Made by a program: the position numbers and the translations under genes. Shown one piece after another: positions 19,503-29,011 of a stretch of DNA of 64,000 nucleotides. The DNA is from an uncultured Actinomycetota bacterium (GTDB taxonomy: Bacteria > Actinomycetota > Actinomycetes > Propionibacteriales > Nocardioidaceae): contig CAWKHU010000008.1 of assembly GCA_963849625.1 (NCBI GenBank), forward strand, positions 1,741-65,740, given 5' to 3'. Numbering within the stretch: the first letter of the stretch is position 1; every line of letters begins with the position of its first letter. A model generated the notes under the pieces. The model searched no databases and was not told the origin of the DNA. It saw nothing but the letters and a program-made list of their open reading frames with translations.

Positions 19503-20545
19503 TGACGGATCTTCTCGATCCCCCGCATCGCATCCGGTCCACGCGCGTGCTCCGCAACCGCCGCGCGTACGCCGTCACGTCCTTGCTCGCGATGATCGCC
19601 CTCGTCCTGTTCGTGCTGACCATGATGGTCGGCAGCTATGCCGTCTCGGCCCCCGACGTGCTCGCTTCGGTGCTGCACCTGAAGGACGACCCATCCGTCG
19701 ATTTCATCGTTCGCGACCTGAGGCTCCCCACAGCGATCGCGGGACTTGCGGTCGGCGTGGCGCTGGGCATCTCGGGACAGCTGTTCCAGCGGGTGCTCGG
19801 CAATCCCCTGGCATCGCCGGACTTCGTCGGCATCTCGTCCGGAGCGAGCCTCTTCGCCGTCTCTTCCATCGTGCTGTTCGATGCATCGAGCACCGTCATC
19901 TCTGGTTCTGCACTGGTCGGAGCCCTGCTGAGCGCCCTTCTGATCTATCTGCTCGCCTGGCGCGACGGGATCACGGGCTACCGCTTCATCCTCATCGGCA
20001 TCGGCATCTCACAGCTGATGCTGTCGCTGATCGGCTACATCGTCTCCCACGCCAGCATCCACGAGGCGCGAGAGGCCATGACCTGGCTTGTCGGCACCGT
20101 GGGTCAAGCCGGGTCCGGTGAGCTTCGCACGCTGGTGGTCGGGCTGGCAGTGCTCCTGCCGGTCATCGTCGGGCTGGAGCGGTCGCTACGGGCGCTGGAG
20201 CTGGGAGACGACACCGCCAAAGCCCTGGGCGCGCGGGTGGAGCTCAACAGGCTGGGACTCCTGGGCGCCTCGATCATGCTGGTGGGATTCGCCGTCGCCG
20301 TCGCCGGGCCGATCATGTTCGTCGCACTGATCGCGGGACCGATCGCGCAGCGACTGGTCGGTCGGGCCGCCGGAGGCATCATGGCGGCTGGATGCACCGG
20401 CGCGATCATCACGTTGGGCGCCGACCTCATCTCGCACCAGGTGCTGCCCGTCGACCTGCCGACCGGCGTCGTCACAGGACTGATCGGAGCGCCATACCTG
20501 ATCTGGCTGCTCGTCACCGTCAACAGGGAAGGACGTGGCGGATGA
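19502..20545 (+). CDS. Iron-siderophore ABC transporter permease (FecCD family)
   Basis: LRLP, GNPLASPDFVG, LGDDTAKALG, LPTGVVTG; TGATG coupling. Confidence 0.92.
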   Translation: MTDLLDPPHRIRSTRVLRNRRAYAVTSLLAMIALVLFVLTMMVGSYAVSAPDVLASVLHLKDDPSVDFIVRDLRLPTAIAGLAVGVALGISGQLFQRVLGNPLASPDFVGISSGASLFAVSSIVLFDASSTVISGSALVGALLSALLIYLLAWRDGITGYRFILIGIGISQLMLSLIGYIVSHASIHEAREAMTWLVGTVGQAGSGELRTLVVGLAVLLPVIVGLERSLRALELGDDTAKALGARVELNRLGLLGASIMLVGFAVAVAGPIMFVALIAGPIAQRLVGRAAGGIMAAGCTGAIITLGADLISHQVLPVDLPTGVVTGLIGAPYLIWLLVTVNREGRGG

Positions 20546-21357
20546 CCAGTCACGAGCTCCGCGGCAGCAGGCTGTCGCTTGGATACGCAGAGAAGGACAT
20601 CGTCAGCGACCTGGACGTCGACATCGTCGCAGGCGCCATCACGGTGATCGTCGGCGCCAATGCCTGTGGCAAGTCCACTCTCCTGCGAGGACTCGCGCGG
20701 CTGCTCAAGCCGCGCGGCGGTGAGGTCCTCCTCAATGGCACGTCGATCCACGACCTGCGCAGCGTCGACGTCGCCAAGGTGCTCGGCCTGCTCCCGCAGT
20801 CGCCCGTCGCACCCGACGGCATCACGGTGAGCGACCTGGTGGGACGAGGGCGATATCCGCACCAGGGATGGTTCAGGAAGTGGACCACGGCCGATGACCT
20901 GGCGGTATGCCAAGCCCTGGAGGCGACCGGAACGGCCGACCTGGCTGGCCGCTACATCTCCGAGCTCTCGGGCGGACAGCGACAGCGGGTGTGGGTGGCC
21001 ATGGCACTCGCCCAGGACACCGACCTGTTGCTGCTCGACGAGCCGACGACCTTCCTCGACATCAACCATCAGGTTGAGCTCCTCGATCTGCTGACCGACC
21101 TCAACCGGTTCGGCGGCAAGACGATCGTCATCGTCCTGCACGACCTGAACCTCGCCTGCCGCTACGCCGATCGCATCATCGCGATGAAGGAAGGCGCGAT
21201 CATCGCCGAGGGTGCGCCGGCAGATGTCGTGACGGCAGAAGTCATCACCGAGGTCTACGGGCTTGACTGCGAAGTCGTGGCCGACCCGGTGAGCGGTACG
21301 CCGATGGTGGTCCCGCGCGGTCGTCATCACGCGAAGGTTCCGTCATCCACGCGCTAG
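20542..21357 (+). CDS. Iron-siderophore ABC transporter ATP-binding protein
   Basis: Walker A GANACGKS, LSGGQRQR, LLLDEPTT, LHDLN; start MTSHELR. Confidence 0.94.
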   Translation: MTSHELRGSRLSLGYAEKDIVSDLDVDIVAGAITVIVGANACGKSTLLRGLARLLKPRGGEVLLNGTSIHDLRSVDVAKVLGLLPQSPVAPDGITVSDLVGRGRYPHQGWFRKWTTADDLAVCQALEATGTADLAGRYISELSGGQRQRVWVAMALAQDTDLLLLDEPTTFLDINHQVELLDLLTDLNRFGGKTIVIVLHDLNLACRYADRIIAMKEGAIIAEGAPADVVTAEVITEVYGLDCEVVADPVSGTPMVVPRGRHHAKVPSSTR

Positions 21358-21366
21358 CGTCAGCTC

Positions 21367-21792
21367 ATGACCTCTGACACCGAACGTTCCGTTGAGCTGA
21401 TCCGTCTCGGCAAGGCTAGGTTCCGGGCGACCAACGTACGCGGCAAGACGCTCGACATCGGAGAGGGCAATGACGCCGACTTCACCCCGGTCGAGCTGTT
21501 GCTCGTGGCGATCGCTGGGTGCAGTGCCATCGACGTCGACTACCTGGTCGGCAAGCGGGTCGACCCGGAGTCGTTCGATGTCTCCGTAAGCGCCGACAAG
21601 ATCCGAGACGAGCTCGGCAACCGGCTGACCAACATCCAGGTGACGTTCGACGTGACCTTCCCCGCCGGTGCGGACGGAGATCGGGCACGCGAGATCCTGC
21701 CCCGGTCGGTCGCGCAGTCGCACGATCGGCTGTGCACCGTGACCCGCACCGTCGTCGTGGGTACGCCGGTCGACTCAGTCATAGCCGACTAG
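21367..21792 (+). CDS. OsmC family protein
   Basis: FTPVELLLVAIAGC...CTV two-Cys pattern. Confidence 0.85.
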   Translation: MTSDTERSVELIRLGKARFRATNVRGKTLDIGEGNDADFTPVELLLVAIAGCSAIDVDYLVGKRVDPESFDVSVSADKIRDELGNRLTNIQVTFDVTFPAGADGDRAREILPRSVAQSHDRLCTVTRTVVVGTPVDSVIAD

Positions 21793-23268
21793 TCAGGGCG
21801 ACTCGAGAGCCTCGGCCGCCTTGGCGATGTTCTTCTGCATCGAGCCGAAGATGATCCCGTGGAACGGATAGATCGACCACCAGTAGAGGTGGCCAAACAG
21901 GCCGCGCGGGTGAAACAGGGCGCGGTGGTGGAACGTTGTCATACCGCCGTCGACCGAGCCGACCTGCATCTCCAGCCACGCCAGACCGGGCAGCTTCATC
22001 TCGGCGCGCAGGCGTACGAACGAGTGATTGTCGGTCTCCTCGACGCGCCAGAAGTCGAGCGCATCACCCACCACGAAGTCCTTGGGGTTACGTCGTCCGC
22101 GGCGCAGACCCGGACCGCCGACCATGCGGTCGAGCACACCGCGGACCCACCAGGCGAGCGACCACGAGTACCACCCGTTCTTGCCGCCGATTCCCTCGAT
22201 CACCTGCCACAGGTGCTCCGGGCTGGCGTCCACCTCACGGGTCCGCTCGTCCTTGTAGAGCGAGCCGCCGGCCCAGTCGGGGTCGGTCGGCAGCCCTTCC
22301 GAGGGTGCCCCGGCCGTCGCCGCCGACGACCAGGACGTGGGAACGTCGAGGTCCTGGATCTTGGTCAGTGCCAGCTCGACCGAGTGGTCGAAGCCGATCA
22401 GACCCTCGGGCGGCTCGGTGACGTACCCGGTGATGTCGTTCTCCGCGGCGACGACCTCGTTGCGCAGCGACTCGACGAGTGGCCGCGCCAGGCCCGCGGG
22501 CACGGGGGTGATCAGGCCCACCCAGTGGCTGGACAGGCTCGGCGACAGCACCGGCACGGGCAGGACTCGCCGCTTGGGCAGACCGGCCACGGCTGCGTAC
22601 CGCTGCATCATGTCGAAGTACGTCAGGACTTCCGGGCCGCCGATGTCGAAGCGCCGGTTGACGTCGTCCGACAGCTCGGCACATCCGACGAGGTAGCGGA
22701 GCACGTCCCGTACGGCGATCGGCTGGATGCGCGTGTGCACCCATTTCGGCGTGACCATGACGGGGAGTCGTTCGGTCAGATAGCGCAGCATCTCAAACGA
22801 TGCCGAGCCCGAGCCGATGATGACGCCGGCCTGGAGCACGGCGGTCGGCACACCCGACGCCAGCAGGACGTCACCCACCTCCTTGCGAGACCTGAGGTGA
22901 GGAGACAGCTCTTCGCCCTCGGGGATCATCCCGCCGAGGTAGACGATGCGGCTGACACCGGCACGCTTCGCCTCCTCCGCGAACGTCTCCGCCATGTGGC
23001 GCTCGGTGCTGCCGAAGTCGTCCCCGGTGCCGATCGAGTGCAGCAGGTAGTAGAGGACGTCGACACCCTCCATCGCCGCCCTGACCTGTGCGGGCTCGGC
23101 GGCATCGCCCTGGACGACCTCGACATCGCCGGACCAGGCGTGGGCCTGCGCCTTGCGCGGGTCGCGCACCATGACACGGACGTCATGGCCGGCGCGCACG
23201 AGCTCGGGCACGAGTCGGCCACCGACGTAACCGGTGGCTCCGGTGACAAGACTGCGGGTCGGGCTCAT
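21793..23268 (-). CDS. Atypical SDR/NAD(P)-binding protein with C-terminal DUF2867 domain
   Basis: VTGATGYVG, GSGSASFE, ALDFWRVE, LRAEMKLPG. Confidence 0.88.
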   Translation of the reverse strand: MSPTRSLVTGATGYVGGRLVPELVRAGHDVRVMVRDPRKAQAHAWSGDVEVVQGDAAEPAQVRAAMEGVDVLYYLLHSIGTGDDFGSTERHMAETFAEEAKRAGVSRIVYLGGMIPEGEELSPHLRSRKEVGDVLLASGVPTAVLQAGVIIGSGSASFEMLRYLTERLPVMVTPKWVHTRIQPIAVRDVLRYLVGCAELSDDVNRRFDIGGPEVLTYFDMMQRYAAVAGLPKRRVLPVPVLSPSLSSHWVGLITPVPAGLARPLVESLRNEVVAAENDITGYVTEPPEGLIGFDHSVELALTKIQDLDVPTSWSSAATAGAPSEGLPTDPDWAGGSLYKDERTREVDASPEHLWQVIEGIGGKNGWYSWSLAWWVRGVLDRMVGGPGLRRGRRNPKDFVVGDALDFWRVEETDNHSFVRLRAEMKLPGLAWLEMQVGSVDGGMTTFHHRALFHPRGLFGHLYWWSIYPFHGIIFGSMQKNIAKAAEALESP

Positions 23269-23319
23269 CCCTCCACTGTTGGGGAGATGTGCCCGACCCG
23301 CGACCTGAAACGCTGTGAT

Positions 23320-23781
23320 CTACGCCTTGCCGTCGAAGGCGTCCTGCAGGCCTCGGAGGTCCAGCCGCATCATCTGCATCATGGCAGCCTGGGCGCGCTC
23401 CGCCTTCTCGCGATCGGGGTCACCCAGGAGCCTGCCGAGCAGCGACGGGACGACCTGCCAGGAGAGTCCGAAGGCGTCGACGAGCCAGCCGCAGTTGCCC
23501 TGGACTCCGCCGCCGTCGATCAGCGCATCGGAGATCTCGTCGACCTCCTGCTGGGTCTCTACGCCGACCGAGAGCGAGAACGCCTCCGTCAGCTTGTGGG
23601 ACGGGCCGCCGTTCATCAGCACGAGCTCCTGTCCCTTGATCTTGATCGTCGCGATGAACAGCTTGCCGTCGGGCATGTGCTGCTCCTGGAGGACCTCGGT
23701 GTCGGGAAACACCTTCTGGTAGCGCTCGATGGCCTCGCCGGCGTTGTCGTTGAACCAGAGGAATGGAGTGACGGTGGTCAT
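23320..23781 (-). CDS. VOC family protein (PhnB-like)
   Basis: Start MTTVTPFLWF; CGWLVDAFGLSWQV motif. Confidence 0.88.
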   Translation of the reverse strand: MTTVTPFLWFNDNAGEAIERYQKVFPDTEVLQEQHMPDGKLFIATIKIKGQELVLMNGGPSHKLTEAFSLSVGVETQQEVDEISDALIDGGGVQGNCGWLVDAFGLSWQVVPSLLGRLLGDPDREKAERAQAAMMQMMRLDLRGLQDAFDGKA

Positions 23782-24293
23782 GATGTCTGCCCTTCGTTGG
23801 TGGAGTCCTGGTTGGCGGTGCTGCTGCGCAGGTGCGCGGGTGTTGCAAGCAGTGCGTCGAGCTTGTAGAGCGACTGTGTCCAGCCGACCGTGGCGTTCTC
23901 CTGCATCTCCTCCGGCAGCGGTCCTTGGGTGAGCTCGAGCCGGGTGCCCTCGCCCTCGGGGATGAGCTCGATCGACAACGTCATGCGGGTGCCGTCGGCC
24001 ATACCGGGAAATCCGTTGGAGATCTCGTAGCCGACAAGCAGCCGGTTCTCGACGACCTCCGTGAACGTCGTGTCGACGGGGGACCGCCACTCCGGATCGT
24101 CCTTGCCGACCATCGTCATGCGCCAGTGGCCACCGACCCTTGCGTCGACCGAGACGGTGTCCAGCGGGACCGTGAACATCAGCGGCCCGAACCACTGCGA
24201 GAGCTGCTCGGGATCGGTGAACGCTCGATAGACGAGCTCTGGCGGCGCGTCGAAGTAGCGCGAGATGGTGACCTCGTACGTGCCGTCAGTCAT
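23778..24293 (-). CDS. SRPBCC/AHSA1-like domain protein
   Basis: APPELVYRAFTDPEQLSQWFGP, DARVGG, C-terminal GW...L helix. Confidence 0.88.
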   Translation of the reverse strand: MTDGTYEVTISRYFDAPPELVYRAFTDPEQLSQWFGPLMFTVPLDTVSVDARVGGHWRMTMVGKDDPEWRSPVDTTFTEVVENRLLVGYEISNGFPGMADGTRMTLSIELIPEGEGTRLELTQGPLPEEMQENATVGWTQSLYKLDALLATPAHLRSSTANQDSTNEGQTS

Positions 24294-24654
24294 CGATGCC
24301 CTCTTCCTCGTCAGCGGGTCTGGTGGGTGGTGCCTGCTTCATGGATGCCAGATGGGCGTCAAGGCGGTCGAAGCGCTCGTCCCACAGGTGGCTGAGGTGT
24401 TCCATCCACGTCGTCGCCTCCTTCAGCGGCTCGGCCCGCAGGCTGCTGGTCCGCCACTGTGCTTGCCGGTCGCGGGCGATCAAGCCGGCGCCTTCGAGCA
24501 CCTTGAGGTGCCGCGAGATCGCCGGGAGGCTGATCGTGAACGGTTCGGCGAGCTCGGTGACGGTGGCGTCACCGTCTCCGAGCCGGGCCAGGATGTCGCG
24601 TCGGGTCGGATCGGCGAGCGCCGAGAAGACCTTGCTGAGCTGATCAGTTGCCAT
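24286..24654 (-). CDS. ArsR/SmtB family regulator
   Basis: ALADPTRRDIL, SRHLKVLE; typical arsR-SRPBCC-VOC operon. Confidence 0.92.
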   Translation of the reverse strand: MATDQLSKVFSALADPTRRDILARLGDGDATVTELAEPFTISLPAISRHLKVLEGAGLIARDRQAQWRTSSLRAEPLKEATTWMEHLSHLWDERFDRLDAHLASMKQAPPTRPADEEEGIDD

Positions 24655-24659
24655 GACGC

Positions 24660-24691
24660 TTAACGTACAGGTTAATTAACCAACTCGTCAA
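24660..24691. promoter_or_regulatory. Tandem putative ArsR operators
   Basis: TTAAC-N6-GTTAA followed immediately by TTAAC-N6-GTCAA, just upstream of arsR. Confidence 0.6.
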
Positions 24692-24703
24692 CTACGAGGG
24701 GAG

Positions 24704-25561
24704 TCAGTGCATCCGCAGGGTCGGATCATGCGGGCCCTTGGGCTCGACCCAGAAGTCGAGGGCGAGCTGCTCTTCGGTGCCACCATTGAGATAGATCGAG
24801 AAGTCCGTGACGCCGGCGTCCTCGAGGACGTCGTCGTCGATCAGGAACTTGCCGGTGTACTCGCGGCTCGGCTTGACGAGGATCTCGTACGCAGCGTCAG
24901 CCATGATCGCGGGCGTACGCGAGTGCCCCACGAGCTCGGCTCCGACGACGTTGCGCACCGCGGCGGTGTCGATCGCCGTACGGGGCCAGAGCGAGTTGGC
25001 GGCGATTCCGTACTCGGCCAGCTCGACACTCAAGCCGAGCGTCACCAGACTCATGCCGTACTTCGCCATCGTGTACGCCGTGTGCTGCGTGAACCACTTG
25101 GGGTCGAGGCTGATGGGCGGTGACAGGGTCAGGATGTGGGGGTTGTCGGACTGCTTGAGCCAGTCGATCGACAGCTTCGCGAGCAGGAACGACCCGCGTG
25201 CATTGATGTCGTTCATGAGGTCGTACTTCTTCATCGAGACGTCTTCGGTCTTCGACAGGTCGATCGCGCTGGCGTTGTTGACGACGACGTCGATGCCACC
25301 GAACTGCTCGGCCGTCTTGGCAACGGCCTCGGTGACGAAGTCGTCATCACGTATGTCGCCGACGAGCGGCAGCGCCTTGCCTCCGGCCGCCTCGATCGCC
25401 TCTGCTGCGGTGTAGATCGTGCCGGGCAGCTTGGGGTGGGGCTCGGTGGTCTTGGCGAGGAGTGCGACGTTGGCGCCGTCCTTGGCCGCGCGTACGGCGA
25501 TTGCCTCGCCGATTCCTCGGCTTCCGCCGGACATGATGATCGTCTTGCCTGCAAGGGACAT
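24704..25561 (-). CDS. SDR oxidoreductase (HSDL2-like)
   Basis: Start MSLAGKT; SGGSRGIG, PHPKLPGTI, NNASAI, YTMAK. Confidence 0.9.
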   Translation of the reverse strand: MSLAGKTIIMSGGSRGIGEAIAVRAAKDGANVALLAKTTEPHPKLPGTIYTAAEAIEAAGGKALPLVGDIRDDDFVTEAVAKTAEQFGGIDVVVNNASAIDLSKTEDVSMKKYDLMNDINARGSFLLAKLSIDWLKQSDNPHILTLSPPISLDPKWFTQHTAYTMAKYGMSLVTLGLSVELAEYGIAANSLWPRTAIDTAAVRNVVGAELVGHSRTPAIMADAAYEILVKPSREYTGKFLIDDDVLEDAGVTDFSIYLNGGTEEQLALDFWVEPKGPHDPTLRMH

Positions 25562-25571
25562 GGTGGACACC

Positions 25572-26660
25572 TTAGGTCGTTGGGGTGTGGGTGGAGCGGG
25601 TAAACCGTGGATGGGGCGTGGAGGCGCCGATGACGAGATCGGCGACGAGGCGCCCGACGAGCGGCACGAACTTGAAGCCGTGGCCCGAGAAGCCGGCTGC
25701 GACGGTGACGGCACCGTCGCGATCGATCACGAAGTCGTCCTCGGCGAGCGCGCCGTAGAGGCAGGTGGTTGCGTCCAGCGAATCAGGGTCGACGCCCGGG
25801 ACCCACTCGGAGACGTACGCTCGCAGCTCGTCGGTCTCGGCGGCGACCGGGCCGAAGTCGCGATCGTCGGGGTCCACCACCTTGCCGCCACCGTGGAACC
25901 CCACCTTGATGCCGTCGGGCGAAGGGAGCCCGTACGCCTCGGGCACGACTCCGGCACGACGATGGATGAAGGTCGGCCACGCGTACGACGGGTCGAGCGG
26001 CACAAAATGCGCCGGCTGCACCTGGGTGGCCATCTCGGCCGGCAGTCCGAGGAGTGCATCGGACCAGACCCCGGCCGCGACGACGACCTGGTCCGCTTCG
26101 AACGTTCGCTCGCCCGCCGCCACGGTGACGCCTCGATCCGTCTCCTCGATCGACTCGACGCGGATGCCATCGAGCCACTCTGCGCCTGCGGACGTGGCGA
26201 GTCGTCGGATGGCCGAGAGGGCATTGTCGGGGTGCGCGACCCCCCCATCGCCCTGGAAGAGCACCGTCTCGTCGAATCGCAGGCCGGGCCAGCGGAGCGA
26301 CGCCTCGTCGGGGGTCAGCCATTCGTACGAGACTCCGGCCATCTGCAACGCCTCGGCGAACGGTTCGAGCTCGGCGCGGGCACCATGGTCGACCGAACCG
26401 CACTGCTGGAACACCGGCTCCGACGTGAGGAGCTGGAGCTCGTCCCACAGCGGGCGAGCGTCGAGCGCGAGGCGTACGTAGAAGGGGTCGTCGTATGCGA
26501 GCCGGACGATGCGGGAGCTGCCGTGCGAGCTGCCGCGGTGGTGACCCGCACTGAACTGCTCGAGCACGGTGACGGGGTGGCCGCGTTCGGCGAGCTCGCG
26601 AGCCACGCTTGAGCCCATCGCTCCACCGCCGACCACCAGAACGCTCGGGGAACCCGACAT
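25572..26660 (-). CDS. FAD-dependent amine oxidase (monomeric sarcosine/N-methyltryptophan oxidase family)
   Basis: GGGAMG, GSSHGSSR, TCLY, GFSGHGFKF; start MSGSPS. Confidence 0.88.
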   Translation of the reverse strand: MSGSPSVLVVGGGAMGSSVARELAERGHPVTVLEQFSAGHHRGSSHGSSRIVRLAYDDPFYVRLALDARPLWDELQLLTSEPVFQQCGSVDHGARAELEPFAEALQMAGVSYEWLTPDEASLRWPGLRFDETVLFQGDGGVAHPDNALSAIRRLATSAGAEWLDGIRVESIEETDRGVTVAAGERTFEADQVVVAAGVWSDALLGLPAEMATQVQPAHFVPLDPSYAWPTFIHRRAGVVPEAYGLPSPDGIKVGFHGGGKVVDPDDRDFGPVAAETDELRAYVSEWVPGVDPDSLDATTCLYGALAEDDFVIDRDGAVTVAAGFSGHGFKFVPLVGRLVADLVIGASTPHPRFTRSTHTPTT

Positions 26661-26682
26661 GCCGTCGATCTTGCCGTCGGCA

Positions 26683-26712
26683 TCACTTACAGTCAATACT
26701 GACGGTAAGTGA
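26683..26712. promoter_or_regulatory. Long palindromic operator-like site
   Basis: TCACTTACAGTCA-atac-TGACGGTAAGTGA, 12/13 arm match, in a divergent intergenic region. Confidence 0.6.
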
Positions 26713-26724
26713 GAAAGGCCGCAG

Positions 26725-27594
26725 ATGACCTCGCAACATCCAGATTGGTTCACCCATGCGTTGGACCAGCCGTACGAGAGCCGCGAGATCGACCACGACG
26801 GCGTACGCATCACCTATCGCGCCTGGGGCAAGAGCGGCAACTCGCCGGTCGTCCTGGTGCACGGCGGTGCGGCCCATGCCGGCTGGTGGGACACGACTGC
26901 TCCTTTCCTGTCGGCAGACCATCGCGTCATCTCCATCGACCTGTCGGGCCACGGTGACAGCGATCGGCGCGAGAAGTACTCGCTGGCCACCTGGGCGACG
27001 GAGGTGCATGCGGTAGCGGCGGCCGAGTCCGACGATGCGCCGATCGTGTTCGGCCACAGCATGGGCGGATTCGTCGCGTTGACCGCCGGGCGTGACTACG
27101 GGATGTCGCTGCGCGGCGTTGCGGCCATCGACTCACCCGTGCGGGAGCTGTCGGCCGAGGCCAAGGCATGGATCGCCGAGGGCGGTCACGGTGACATACC
27201 CGGCACCAAGATCTATCCCGACCGCGAGACGATCCTCAGCAGGTTCCGAACGTTGCCCGAGGACACGTCGACGCTGTCGTACGTCAAGGACCACATCGCC
27301 GCGGGCTCGATCGTCCAGGTCGACGAGGGCTGGACCTGGAAGTTCGACCCTCGCATCTTCCTCAGCTCTCGGATGGAGCCCGAGGAGCTTGCTGCCATCG
27401 ACTGCGAGGTCGCGTTGATCCGCGGCGAGCGCGGTATGGCCACCACTGACATCACCGATCTGGTCACGGAACGGCTTGGCGGTCACGTGCCCGTGACACT
27501 GATCCCGGACGCCGGCCACCACATCATGCTCGACCAGCCCATCGCGCTCATCGCCGTGCTGCAGACCCTGCTCGGCCAATGGAGGCAACAGTGA
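26725..27594 (+). CDS. Alpha/beta hydrolase
   Basis: HGGAAHAGWW, DLSGHG, GHSMGG, AGHH. Confidence 0.9.
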   Translation: MTSQHPDWFTHALDQPYESREIDHDGVRITYRAWGKSGNSPVVLVHGGAAHAGWWDTTAPFLSADHRVISIDLSGHGDSDRREKYSLATWATEVHAVAAAESDDAPIVFGHSMGGFVALTAGRDYGMSLRGVAAIDSPVRELSAEAKAWIAEGGHGDIPGTKIYPDRETILSRFRTLPEDTSTLSYVKDHIAAGSIVQVDEGWTWKFDPRIFLSSRMEPEELAAIDCEVALIRGERGMATTDITDLVTERLGGHVPVTLIPDAGHHIMLDQPIALIAVLQTLLGQWRQQ

Positions 27595-28346
27595 CCGAAT
27601 CCGTGCTGATCGACACCAGTGACGGCGTCCTGACGATCACCTGGAACGAGCCCGAGCGGCTCAACGCCCTGACCGCTGACATGCTCAACTCGGCCGCTGC
27701 GGCGATCGAGGATGCCGCGGCAGACGCGCGCCTCGTCGTGATCACCGGCAACGGTCGGGCGTTCAGCTCAGGCGCAGCGCTGGGTCCCGGTTTCGACGGA
27801 GCGGCGACGCTCGATGGCGCCAACCGACTCGTACGGGCCATGACCCGGTCGCCGTTGCCGGTCATCAGCGCCGTCAACGGCATCGCAGCTGGAGTTGGTT
27901 GCTCGATCGCGATCGCCGCCGACATCACGTTGGCCAAGAGCTCGGGCTACTTCCTGCTCGCCTTCGTCAACATCGGCCTCATGCCAGACGGCGGAGCGAC
28001 CGAGCTGGTCGCCGCGTCCGTCGGACGGGCGCGGGCCAACCGGATGGCGATGCTCGGCGAGAAGCTGCCCGCCGACCAGGCCGCCGAGATGGGGCTGATC
28101 TACAAGTCGCTCGACGACGAGGCCTATGACGCCGAGCTCGCGATGCTCATCGACAGGCTCGGCAACGGTCCGACCCGGGCACTGTCGGCGATGAAGAAGG
28201 TCATCACCGCCAACACGCTGCCACGCCTCGACGCGGCCCTCGATGCCGAGCTCGAGGGCCAGGTCGCACTGTTCTCGACGGCGGACGCCGTGGAGGGCGG
28301 GTCGGCGTTCCTCGAGAAGCGGCCGGCAGCATTCACGGGGGCGTGA
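27591..28346 (+). CDS. Enoyl-CoA hydratase/isomerase
   Basis: NEPERLNAL, AFSSG, GLMPDGG, AFLEKRPA; GTG 27591 after GGAGG. Confidence 0.9.
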   Translation: MTESVLIDTSDGVLTITWNEPERLNALTADMLNSAAAAIEDAAADARLVVITGNGRAFSSGAALGPGFDGAATLDGANRLVRAMTRSPLPVISAVNGIAAGVGCSIAIAADITLAKSSGYFLLAFVNIGLMPDGGATELVAASVGRARANRMAMLGEKLPADQAAEMGLIYKSLDDEAYDAELAMLIDRLGNGPTRALSAMKKVITANTLPRLDAALDAELEGQVALFSTADAVEGGSAFLEKRPAAFTGA

Positions 28347-29011
28347 TGTCTGACTTCGAAACTCTTGAGCGGCTGCTCGCCACCCGTCGCAGCTGCCGCG
28401 GGTTCACCGACGAGCAGGTGCCGCGCGACGTCATCGAGCGTCTGCTCGGCGCCGCGCAACGTACGGCGTCGTGGTGCAACACCCAGCCGTGGCAGGTCGT
28501 CATCACCTCGGGAGCGGCGACGACGAAGCTCCGGGAGGCCCTGCTCGAGTCGCCCGAGGGCTTCGGCACCGACTTCGACTTCCCCGTCGCCTACAGCGGT
28601 GTCTACGACGAACGCCGCAAGGACGTCGGCTGGCAGCTGTACGAAGCCGTCGGCGTGGAGCGCGGCGATCGCGAGGCGTCGGGTCGAGAAATGTTGCGCA
28701 ACTACGAGTTCTTCGGTGCACCACATGCCGCGATCATCACGACCGAGGCCGACCTGGGCGTCTACGGTGCGATCGACTGCGGCCTCTATGTCGATTCATT
28801 TCTGCTCGCCGCGGAGGCGCTGGGCATCGGCACGTGCGCTCAGGCGGCGCTGGCGATGCGTTCACCATTCCTGCGTGAGTGGTTCGACCTGCCCGAGACC
28901 CGCAAGGTGGTGTGCGCCATCGCGTTCGGGTACGCCGATCACGAGCACCCGTCGGCGAGCTTCATGTCGCGGCGCGCCGCGTTCACCGACGCCGCCACGT
29001 TCGTCGACTAG
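28346..29011 (+). CDS. Nitroreductase family protein
   Basis: RRSCRGF, ASWCNTQPW, FFGAP, GIGTCAQA. Confidence 0.9.
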   Translation: MSDFETLERLLATRRSCRGFTDEQVPRDVIERLLGAAQRTASWCNTQPWQVVITSGAATTKLREALLESPEGFGTDFDFPVAYSGVYDERRKDVGWQLYEAVGVERGDREASGREMLRNYEFFGAPHAAIITTEADLGVYGAIDCGLYVDSFLLAAEALGIGTCAQAALAMRSPFLREWFDLPETRKVVCAIAFGYADHEHPSASFMSRRAAFTDAATFVD

